Positions 1-11,616 of a stretch of 64,000 bases of DNA are shown one piece after another. Under the pieces are notes generated by a model. That model was not told the DNA's origin. It saw nothing but the letters and a program-made list of their open reading frames with translations, and made no database searches. The stretch is from Macrostomum hystrix. Lineage: Eukaryota > Animalia > Platyhelminthes. A program made the position numbers and the translations under genes. The stretch is from contig CATNEN010000038.1 in assembly GCA_950097015.1 (NCBI GenBank), forward strand, positions 19,716,001 to 19,780,000, written 5' to 3'. The stretch's first letter is position 1. Each line of letters begins with the position of its first letter.

Positions 1-796
1 TTGCTTTTCATTTATGTTAGACAATCAGCAAGCAAGCTCCAAACGGATGATAGGTTTGAACATCCAGATATTGCCAAGTCCAAACACATAATACTACATG
101 CATAATTTGAGAGTCATTGCGTTGCGTTCAAGTCTTGAGTCCGACGCTCTAACCTGCGATAGGCTACAGCACCCTTTAAATGAAAAAAGTAACAATTCAG
201 AGCCGAGGCGTGTAGTTACGCTCGTATTGAGATGAATTTAGGATAGGAATCAGACGAGATATAATAGATATATCGCGTCTACTTATTTATTAGAATTATT
301 CCGAAACGATTTGTGCTTTCGCAATTCATGAGAAAGACTGATGCGCAAGAAAGTTTAATCGATTTTAAAGATATTAGATCAAACCACGAGACTGCTTACT
401 ACTAACAGTAGCGAAAAATCCATATCTGAATAAACATAGAGCCGCATGCATAGACAGCAATAGACGTACAATTTTATAATAGGACATGTTTTTAGATAGT
501 CACATTAAGAGACAAACAATTAGTAACTTTACAAAGACGCGGAGGTCTTGAAAATTACTACCTTGAGTAGAAATACAAAAGTTGTTAAGGAATGGAGATG
601 ATATTCGAAAGTTAAAGCAAATAGCTTACAAAAGTTTTGTTTATATACACAAATAAACTTGTTAAGACTAAGAAAAACTAGGTCGAATTATTATTAAATT
701 ACGAAATATTATATTTTAGATTTCATTGTTTGATAAAAATACAATTCCATCATGTTTCAAAAATAAAAAAGTTTTGGTTTGTAAGGAGAATCCACT

Positions 797-3700
797 TTAA
801 TTGTTGCCGCCACGAGAAGGCCTAGGCAGTGTACGGTGTCTGTTAACAAACTCTGCATCTCCCGTTGCGTTATGCTGCTCTTCTAGGCATGCGACATTCT
901 CAAGTAGGCAGTTCAATCTGCCCTTTAACTTTTCAATTTCGTTTTCCTTCACCATCAGTTCGTCTTTATACATTCCGATAGCTTCCTCAGCTTGCCTCAG
1001 TTTCTCTTGAGTCTGGACCAGTTGAGCTTGCAGGTTCTGCTCCCTAGCCATCAAGTCAGTTGCACTCTGAGCAGCTGCCGTGTACTCAGCCTGAAGCTTT
1101 GAATACTCAAGATTCAACTTCTGCAGTTCAGACTCGGCATAGGCAGATCTCTGCTGCTCTGCTTCGAATACATGGCGCAGCTGCTCGCACATCTGGATGA
1201 CGGAATCCCGCTTCTCGACTGTTTCCTGAAGCTTCTTGTCCACACCATCGCAGTAGCCTTGCAGGTCAGCGGCGAATTTCTCCGAGTCCTGCAGCCTGAC
1301 AGTCGCCTCGTTCAACTGCAGCTGCAATTGCTGGTTCTGCTGTTTCGACTGGTTGAACTGCTGCTGGATCTGATTTAATTCATTTTGCGCTTGCTGCTGC
1401 TGCTCTAAGGCCTGATCTAGTAGCCTTTGAGCATTTTTCTTGTCATCTGCCTCCTTGCACAGTTTATTGTATAGCTGTTCAAATTTGCGCTTCTCATCCT
1501 TAGCAGTTTGATCACTGTCATCGACCTGGCGCTTGAGCCTGTCCACAAGATCGGCGATTGTCTCACGAAGCTTAATTTCTAAGTTGGCCTTTTCTTCGAA
1601 TTTCTTCCGATTATCGTCTAGAGCCTCCTCCTGGGCCTGGCATTTAGTCTTCAACTCATCGCGCTCCCTTTTTATACTGTCTGAGTTCGTGAGAATCTGC
1701 TGCACAGTTTGATCAGCCTCGCGACATTTTCTCTGATGCTCTTCCAAGTCAGATGTGAGCCGCTGGATCTCCTGACGCAGCTGCTCAGCCTCATTTTCGG
1801 CTGCCTGAAGTTTAGTCGCTTTGAACTGCTCGCCTTTGAGGTGGGAGTCTATCTCCATCTGCAACTCGCTGTCGGTGCGACAATAGATTTTTAGTTTTCA
1901 ATTGATTTACGGTGTGCCAATACACAAATGAAACTAGTGGATTCTTACTTTGCCAGGTTTTTTTCAATCACAGCTTGTGCTTCTAGGTCTTTGTTTCTCT
2001 GCCTCAATTTTTCGACAGCCGTGTCACTTTGAGCTGAGCTGCAATGTAAAAAAGATTATTTATATAATGAGCATTTTATAATAAACTGGGCCCACAATTA
2101 CATAAGTCTGTGAGCTCGATTTCGCGGCGAGGCCACATTCATTTGCGGAGAGAGAAGGCTTGGGGCTCGCTGTACAGTTAAAGTCCTTCAGGACCAATTA
2201 CAGGGCATAAAGCATGCACATTGGCTGATGATGAGAAAGTCAGGAGAGATGTATTACTGTGCCTGCGTAACGCATCCCTGTGTGCGTGTGTGCTCAGGAG
2301 TTAGCAAAACGGACAGAAAAGCCTCCTCACTGGCTGCGGGTCGACAGTCACCCAAATGATCCGCCAGTGCTCACTGCCCTTATTAATAATAATAATAATT
2401 GCCATTTCGCTGACTCCTGAGCACACAGGCACACAGATACTGTACGCAGGCACACACTCACACAGGGTGTGTACATCTGCCCTGACTTTCTCATCGTCAG
2501 ACAGTGTACACTTTCACTGTGCCTTGGAGGTCAAGGGCGTAAATTGCTCAAAAAGCACCCAAGCCCAAAATGAATGTGGCCTCGCCGCGGAATCGAGCTC
2601 AAGGACCTAATAAATTCTAATTTAGACCTTCGTTAAAATAGAACTCGTGGACCTCCTTGAGAACTTACCGGCCTTGCAGACCCTTGATCTGCTGATTTAG
2701 CTCGTAGACTCTGTGCCGAGTTTCATCGAAGTCCTTGAGCAGGCTGTCCAGCTCATCCTGCTTCTCAGCCAGCTGTTTGCGCAGTTTTCCTATCTGCTCC
2801 TGAGCATACTGGCTGGCTTGACCCTGACCAGGAGAGATCCCTTCGGGAGTTTGATTCTCACGGTTGCGGATCTGAGCACTGAAAAATTTGTTAATTAAAC
2901 AATACGTTGTCAATAGTGAAATTTGACACTGACAAATAAAAAGTAAATAATGTGCGATGATAAAATGATTAGCGCACAAGAAAATAGTGTCAAGTTTCAA
3001 CTGACACAAACAGATAGCTATAAATAGCCCCAAGCACCCTGATGACTGACACATGCTAGCTAACCATAGGGTCAGGTACAAACTCCCTGATGACTGACAC
3101 ATGCTAGCTAACCATAGGGTCAGGTACAAACTCCCTGATGACTGACACATGCTAGCTAACCATAGGGTCAGGTACAAACTCCCTGATGACTGACACATGC
3201 TAGCTAACCATAGGGTCAGGTACAAACTCCCTGATGACTGACACATGCTAGCTAACCATAGGGTCAGGTACAAACTCCCTGATGACTGACACATGCTAGC
3301 TAACCATAGGGTCAGGTACAAACTCCCTGATGACTGACACATGCTAGCTAACCATAGGGTCAGGTACAAACTCCCTGATGACTGACACATGCTAGCTAAC
3401 CATAGGGTCAGGTACAAACTCCCTGATGACTGACACATGCTAGCTAACCATAGGGTCAGGTACAAACTCCCTGATGACTGACACATGCTAGCTAACCATA
3501 GGGTCAGGTACAAACTCCCTGATGACTGACACATGCTAGCTAACCATAGGGTCAGGTACAAACTCCCTGATGACTGACACATGCTAGCTAACCATAGGGT
3601 CAGGTACAAACTCCCTGATGACTGACACATGCTAGCTAACCATAGGGTCAGGTACAAACTCCCTGATGACTGACACATGCTAGCTAACCATAGGGTCAGG

Positions 3701-6700
3701 TACAAACTCCCTGATGACTGACACATGCTAGCTAACCATAGGGTCAGGTACAAACTCCCTGATGACTGACACATGCTAGCTAACCATAGGGTCAGGTACA
3801 AACTCCCTGATGACTGACACATGCTAGCTAACCATAGGGTCAGGTACAAACTCCCTGATGACTGACACATGCTAGCTAACCATAGGGTCAGGTACAAACT
3901 CCCTGATGACTGACACATGCTAGCTAACCATAGGGTCAGGTACAAACTCCCTGATGACTGACACATGCTAGCTAACCATAGGGTCAGGTACAAACTCCCT
4001 GATGACTGACACATGCTAGCTAATGCTAGCTAACCATAGGGTCAGGTACAAACTCCCTGATGACTGACACATGCTAGCTAACCATAGGGTCAGGTACAAA
4101 CTCCCTGATGACTGACACATGCTAGCTAACCATAGGGTCAGGTACAAACTCCCTGATGACTGACACATGCTAGCTAACCATAGGGTCAGGTACAAACTCC
4201 CTGATGACTGACACATGCTAGCTAACCATAGGGTCAGGTACAAACTCCCTGATGACTGACACATGCTAGCTAACCATAGGGTCAGGTACAAACTCCCTGA
4301 TGACTGACACATGCTAGCTAACCATAGGGTCAGGTACAAACTCCCTGATGACTGACACATGCCAGCTAACCATAGGGCCAGGTACAAACTCCCTGATGAC
4401 TGACACATGCTAGCTAACCATAGGGTCAGGTACAAACTCCCTGATGACTGACACATGCTAGCTAACCATAGGGTCAGGTACAAACTCCCTGATGACTGAC
4501 ACATGCTAGCTAACCATAGGGTCAGGTACAAACTCCCTGATGACTGACACATGCTAGCTAACCATAGGGTCAGGTACAAACTCCCTGATGACTGACACAT
4601 GCTAGCTAACCATAGGGTCAGGTACAAACTCCCTGATGACTGACACATGCTAGCTAACCATAGGGTCAGGTACAAACTCCCTGATGACTGACACATGCTA
4701 GCTAACCATAGGGTCAGGTACAAACTCCCTGATGACTGACACATGCTAGCTAAAGCAATACTCATGAATTGAAGCCGCATCTACTTGTGCTCACCGATTT
4801 TCATAATCCTTGACCTTCTCGCTCAGCTCGTAGACTTTGTGCCTGGTCTCGTCAAAGTCCAGGAGTACACTGTCTAGTTCCGACTGCTTATCGAAAAGCT
4901 GCTTCTGAAGCCTGGCTGTGTCTCCGTCATCGGCACGACTTGCGGCCTGTTCACCCACAGAGGTGGCTCGACAGTTGGCTTTCTGGGCACGATCCTCAGC
5001 TCTGAAATCCATGATAAAATTCACGACGTCGGGGGTTCGAATCAATAATTCCTAAATGGCTCTTAAAACTGTTTATTTCTTCCAACTATAAAATATGCAA
5101 CCAGCATAACTATGAGAATTTGAGGATATGGGATGATGGAAGGACAATCTGAGGATCTGGGATGATCAAGGCAGCCGTATCTATTTTTATGAGGAAGTTA
5201 GCACTTGTTTTTTATTAAAAAATGAAACTTACTGAAAAGCTCGACATTTTTATTAGGTTGCATTTTACTAGGCGGAAATATCGAATGAAAAGCGGATTCA
5301 CCCGCATAGACTCACCGATTCTTAAAGTCTTTGACAGCCTCGTTCAGATCGTAGACTTTGTGCCGAGTCTCATCGAAGTCCTTCAGCAGGCTGTCCAACT
5401 CAATCTGTTTATCCGCCAGCTGTTTTCGCAGCCTGCTCACCTCCTCATCGCGCTGGCTGCTGATGGCAGCTTTTAATCCGGTGAGTTGGTTGAGCAGATC
5501 CGAACTTTCTTGCTGCTGTTGCTTGAGACTGCACGGCAAAGTGAGTCGACATTTTTTGGTCTAATTTAAATAATTATAACACATCGATAGGTAAACTTAC
5601 TCTTTCTCCAAGTCTTCATTCTTCTTTCTTTCAGCAGTCAATGCTTGCGCAAAAGCAGCTAATTGCACCATTAGATTTCTGGTTTTACTATTCTTCTGCA
5701 GTGATTCCGCATTTTCAACCTGAGGACACTCCATCGGATCCGTCTGGCTCTCCTCCGACCTGGTGTTAGTACTGACATCGCCGCCAGCAGCTTCAGTCAG
5801 ATTGCCATCAGGGCAGGAAGACAGGCCTATCACAGTCTGCGAAGCCGCATCGATAGCAGCCCTAGTCATGTCTACGGAAGTACCGACTGCCGCGTCAGAA
5901 GTGGCCACAGAAAAACAGGCGGAGGCCTGGGCCATTGTGATACTCGGAGCCGGTGTCATCGAGCTAGGGCCATGCTCCTGAATTGCCAGTCTGTTATGCA
6001 TACTCTGAACTGTCCGAATATCTTCTAAAGTGGCTTCAGTGTTCGTGCCAACACTGCCGAAATCTCCGGTTGCGAAGCTGCTCACATTAAACTGACTGAG
6101 CATTTCAAACATCTCCTTCTTCTCAGCCTCATATTTAGCATTGCTTTCTTCCAGTTCCCGCTTGGCTTCCTCAAGCAGCCTGTGCTGCTCGAGAATCTTG
6201 TCTTCGAACTCCTTTCGCAGCGCCTGCATGGCATTAGTGTGCTCAGCGAGAAGCCGCTCAGCCTCAGCGTGACATCTCTCCTGCTCAGCGGCCAGAGCCT
6301 GCTCTTTCTCGTCGCGGGCCGTCTGCAGGTTCGCCTCGCCCTCTTTCAGCGCACCTGTCAGCTTCAACTCTAGATTCCTGATGTCAACAGCAAGATCAGC
6401 TTGCAGTTTTGTCAGCTCCTGCTTGTGCTTGGCTCGCTCAGCATCCAGAGCGGCGCTCCGTTCCTCATCAAACTTGTCCCTCAGCCTCTTAGCCTCAGCG
6501 GCCACCGCCTCGTCTCTGCTGCGCTGCAGGTCTGCCTTCTCAGTCTCCAGGCGTTCCTTAGTATTGGTCAGCAGGCCGTATTCGTTCTTCAGCTTCTGAT
6601 AGTCCTGAGATGTTTGGTTCCACTCTTCTTCCTTGTTGCGCAGCTTGACCAGTTCGGCCTTCATCTTCTGATTGCTTTCCTGCAGACAGGCGCATTGCTC

Positions 6701-7042
6701 AGTTTTAGCATTGAGCTCATTGTTCTTGTCAATCAAGGCTGCATTCATCTCGCTAAACCTGTTTGTCATCAAGCCGCGAATCTGCTCCAAACTGTTAGAG
6801 TTCTCCACAAGGCCGCCTTGCAAACTGGAATGCTTGTCTTTAACCTGGCTAATCTGCTCGGCCATCTTCTGAATCTCAGACGGTTCAGTTGAACGCTGAC
6901 GAGCGAGCGGCAGTTGGTAGTCGGTCGAGTTTGGCTCCGACTCGGGCGAAGAAGGGCTATTGTCGGGGATTACAACAAATTCTTCTGATAGAATACTAGC
7001 TGGCTGAAGATAAAACTGCTCAGCTGTTAAGCGCGGCTCCAT
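797..7042 (-). CDS. Large multi-exon coiled-coil protein (~1077 aa); possibly optineurin/NEMO-like adaptor
   Basis: Exons 7042-5601, 5528-5316, 5001-4795, 2878-2669, 2038-1949 and 1868-797 all have GT/AG boundaries and join in frame (3234 nt). The product is heptad-rich in E/K/Q/L. An acceptor near 7078 means further upstream exons are possible. Confidence 0.8.
2111..2399 (+). mobile_element. 5'-truncated tRNA-derived SINE (family A)
   Basis: Matches the copies at 32019 and 55461 (gagctcgatt..cgcggcgaggccacattcattt...gctcaggagt) and ends in a (TAA)n tail. Confidence 0.7.
2401..2607 (-). mobile_element. SINE family A copy, inverted relative to the adjacent copy
   Basis: Reverse complement of the family A body (gactcctgagcacaca...aatgtggcctcgccgcggaatcgagctc). 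Confidence 0.7.
3037..4752. repeat. 48-bp minisatellite, ~35 near-identical copies, intronic
   Basis: Unit ccctgatgactgacacatgctagctaaccatagggtcaggtacaaact, with one short slippage at ~4015-4030. Confidence 0.97.
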
Positions 7043-7585
7043 CAAGTGCTGCTTCAGTTGCTGCTTTCTAGCGAAAGCTGGAAGTGGAGCCCGGTAAAAG
7101 TAAAGTAAGATTTCAAAACAATTTCAGATTATGTACTTGCGTATTGTGCGCTAGCAGATTCTTGTTTTCTGTTGGTATAGTAACTAGGCACCAAAAAGAA
7201 ATTTTATCAGCCAATGCTATCGTGTACTGCAGTTTGCGCGCATGCAAAATAAACTGAGCTTTCAACACTAAACACGGAGTTGTTATCATTTTTCGTTTTC
7301 AGTTTTTTCTCTATATGTTCACCCGCAAAGACTGTACAAAGTGTACAGTGACGGAAATGTACACTAGTGCTATTTTTAGAATGACGACTTCATACACAGT
7401 CAGGCAAAATTCTACCCCCTAACAAGTTGGATACGCAAGTTGTTCGTCGCCCACAGTGCATGGGGTATGACAGGGTAGCGGAGTGTACATTAAAAATAAT
7501 CCTCCTACAATATTATTAAGCTTGATTTAGTACCTTGTTCTTTTAAAAAAAAATTTCTAACAGCCACAATATGATTTATCATTAA

Positions 7586-9229
7586 GCGGTGATTACCTGT
7601 CCTAATGGTCACTCTATGATCTATAATGTAGCGGTGGTTACCTGTCCTAATGGTCACTCTATGATCTATAATGTAGCGGTGGTTACCTGTCCTAATGGTC
7701 ACTCTATGATCTATAATGTAGTGGTGGTCACCTGTCCTAATGGTCACTGTATGATCGATAATGTAGCGGTGATTACCTGTCCGAATGGTCACTCTATGAT
7801 CTATAATGTAGCGGTGGTTACCTGTCCTAATGGTCACTGTATGATCTATAATGTAGCGGTGATTACCTGTCCTAATGGTCACTCTATGATCTATAATGTA
7901 GCGGTGATTACCTGTCCGAATGGTCACTCTATGATCTATAATGTAGCGGTGGTTACCTGTCCTAATGGTCACTGTATGATCTATAATGTAGCGGTGATTA
8001 CCTGTCCTAATGGTCACTCTATGATCTATAATGTAGCGGTGGTCACCTGTCCTAATGGTCACTGTATGATCTATAATGTAGCGGTGATTACCTGCCCTAA
8101 TGGTCACTGTATGATCTATAATGTAGCGGTGGTCACCTGTCCTAATGGTCACTGTATGATCGATAATGTAGCGGTGATTACCTGTCCGAATGGTCACTCT
8201 ATGATCTATAATGTAGCGGTGGTTACCTGTCCTAATGGTCACTCTATGATCTATAATGTAGCGGTGGTTACCTGTCCTAATGGTCACTCTATGATCTATA
8301 ATGTAGTGGTGGTCACCTGTCCTAATGGTCACTGTATGATCGATAATGTAGCGGTGATTACCTGTCCGAATGGTCACTCTATGATCTATAATGTAGCGGT
8401 GGTTACCTGTCCTAATGGTCACTGTATGATCTATAATGTAGCGGTGATTACCTGTCCTAATGGTCACTCTATGATCTATAATGTAGCGGTGATTACCTGT
8501 CCGAATGGTCACTCTATGATCTATAATGTAGCGGTGGTTACCTGTCCTAATGGTCACTGTATGATCTATAATGTAGCGGTGATTACCTGTCCTAATGGTC
8601 ACTCTATGATCTATAATGTAGCGGTGGTCACCTGTCCTAATGGTCACTGTATGATCTATAATGTAGCGGTGATTACCTGCCCTAATGGTCACTGTATGAT
8701 CTATAATGTAGCGGTGGTCACCTGTCCTAATGGTCACTGTATGATCGATAATGTAGCGGTGATTACCTGTCCGAATGGTCACTCTATGATCTATAATGTA
8801 GCGGTGGTTACCTGTCCTAATGGTCACTGTATGATCTATAATGTAGCGGTGATTACCTGTCCTAATGGTCACTCTATGATCTATAATGTAGCGGTGGTCA
8901 CCTGTCCTAATGGTCACTGTATGATCTATAATGTAGCGGTGGTTACCTGTCCTAATGGTCACTCTATGATCTATAATGTAGCGGTGATTACCTGCCCTAA
9001 TGGTCACTGTATGATCTATAATGTAGCGGTGATTACCTGTCCTAATGGTCACTCTATGATCTATAATGTAGCGGTGGTCACCTGTCCTAATGGTCACTGT
9101 ATGATCTATAATGTAGCGGTGGTTACCTGTCCTAATGGTCACTGTATGATCTATAATGTAGCGGTGATTACCTGTCCTAATGGTCACTGTATGATCTATA
9201 ATGTAGCGGTGATTACCTGTCCTAATGGT
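7586..9229. repeat. 45-bp minisatellite, ~36 copies, with a 585-bp higher-order duplication
   Basis: Unit gcggtgattacctgtcctaatggtcactctatgatctataatgta; variant positions recur at 585-bp spacing. Confidence 0.95.
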
Positions 9230-9972
9230 GAATGAATGATATTTACTTTGCCGGTCAATACATGCTCTATAAAGAAATCCTAACTAAAATTTAAAGATTC
9301 GAAATTCGAATGAAAAAGTTAAGAAAAGTCAACAGTTTTTATCCAAAGTCAGTCAAAAATAGAAATTGACAAAATCATGCCTTCAATTAAGCAATGATGA
9401 TTTAAAACTGTTAAAGCAGAGGTCCTCTTTAAACGTATAGCAAAGCTGCACCGAAGAAACGCACAAGAATCGAACTTCAGACCTGTCCTAATTAAGCAGA
9501 CAAATATGCACATAAATGGTTTGGCTTTTTAAAACAGTGAATAATCAATAAGAAGAATACAATCCAACGTATTCGAGTCTTTTGCCCTTTACCGATTTCG
9601 TGGTGAGTCGAAAGATTTAGGGAAACGAACAAAATGCAAGATCATTATAACAAAACGGTAAATTAAATAATTCCAAGTTTAGATACGTGGCCAGATGTGC
9701 AAATTAACGCGTTTCCTTATTTTTAGTTGTATTTAATTAAACCTACGAGTAAGAGTCAAGAGTTCGAATCTTACCTCGGGTGCTGTTAGGCATGACACTG
9801 AATTGATCCATTTCATCAGCTCAGTAAATCCATGAAATGGTTACCAGCATTAGCCAGGTAGATTATTCTCTAAATAACGATTACTAGCTCACACGGGCGA
9901 AACAAAGACTTGAGCACATTGACACAGACTAGTTAGGCAGTTTATATCGATAAATATTTGAAATTAGACCAA

Positions 9973-11574
9973 TCAATCTGAGCTAAACAGCGGTTGTTGG
10001 TGATCTGCTTTAATCTGCGATCGCTCCTTGCTGTGCCGATGCTGCTGCTGCTTCTGCTGCATTTTCTTGTGGCTGTGACGCCCACCGTACAAGTCCGCGT
10101 CGCCGAACTCGCTGTCCGCCTGACGGCTAATATTCAAATCGCTGGCCATCAGCTTTACAGACTGGGCTGTGCTAGATTTCTTAGCTCGCAATGGCAACAG
10201 GTGCAACAGGTCGAAGGCGCCGGTGCCGCAGCCTACGGGCGGCCGGCCGGCCATGATGCAGGCAGAGGGCGAGCGCATGTCGTCGCGAGCGGCAGCCAGC
10301 ACGGCGTCCTTCAACACCACCGAGGAGGTCTCGAATGACATTCGCTGCAGAGCTGACGGCTGAGAGATCATGCCGTGCCTGCTAAAAGCCAGATAGGTGC
10401 CGGTGCAAGTCATGTAGTCGGAGACAAGCGTGAGGTGCCTAGGATCCACCCCGATGCCGTAGTGTTTAAATACGTCGCGAACCTCGCGCACAATGCAACT
10501 AGCAGCCGCTTCTATGCCGTAGGCGGATTGCATGACGCGAATATTGTTGGTGTAGGCCGTGTTAACATCGAGTAGGTCGCTGTGCGGCCGGACCAGGTCT
10601 AGATTGACACCTTCGACTCGCAGGATCCAGGGCAGTTTTGATTTGTCCAGGGTGGCTCGCTCCACCTAATTGGACACAATGCGATGAGTTTAATAAGTTT
10701 ATGGCGCCCCCTGTTATCAAGTATACTTGTCTATAATTAAAAGTAGAAAGATCACACTATTTTCCCTCTGGAGGAAGACCACTGCCTACTTCACGAATGA
10801 CCCAATTTCGTCAAATTCCAGTATTTCGATCCAAATTTTCCACAATCTACGATGATCTAACTTTCGAAACCGTCCGACGTCAGAATCGTCGAGATATTCA
10901 GCGATTCTTGTCGAAGACGCTGGGGACAAAAACACGTACCATTGCTCTGCATAAAATTCTATGGCCAATCCAATGTGGTTAAAAAATTAACAATTTAACC
11001 AATCAAAAATCCAATGATGATGAAATCAATATGGATGATTTTTGTGAACAGAAAAATTATGCCTACATTTGTGGTTTCTATCACCAGGCACTCAGACGAA
11101 AATCGATAAATATCTACAGCATTTTAGATCAGAGCTACATTCGCATACGAAAATCAGATGCTATTTTTAGAAACAACCCCCTGGTCACGTGCCGTCATTT
11201 GATGTCACTTTCTATTTTTAGAAATTCTAAGAAACCGATCATCATAGCACGAATGCACAAACCTTAGGTGCCTTGTGTACCACGCTAGCCTCAGCTAGCT
11301 GCCCGACCAGACTGGCCAAATCCAGCCGACCTTCAATGTCTTTCAGCGCCACAGTCAGCTCGCAGCTGCGGTGCTTTTTAGCATCGAAGCTGTAGTTAAG
11401 AAAGGCTGGATGCAGTTTGGTAACCATGGCGACGCGTTGCTCAGCGTCTAAAAGCTTCTTCGATTCTTTGATCTTTAAGTCGTTTAAAACCGCCTCGCTA
11501 GCTCCACCGCCGCCACCGTCGGACTCCTCGCCGTTGTCGATGATGCGACGCGGTTCTAGAGAAGGTTCACCGCG

Positions 11575-11616
<42 letters not shown>

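Noticed and set aside
2665-4780. 449-aa and 254-aa repetitive ORFs (MCQSSGSLYLTLWLAS)n
   Set aside because: They result from a stop-free 48-bp intronic minisatellite; only 2878-2669 is a real exon.
7505-9235. Cys/His-rich 548-aa and 560-aa ORFs on both strands
   Set aside because: A 45-bp tandem unit open on both strands, with no unique coding flanks.
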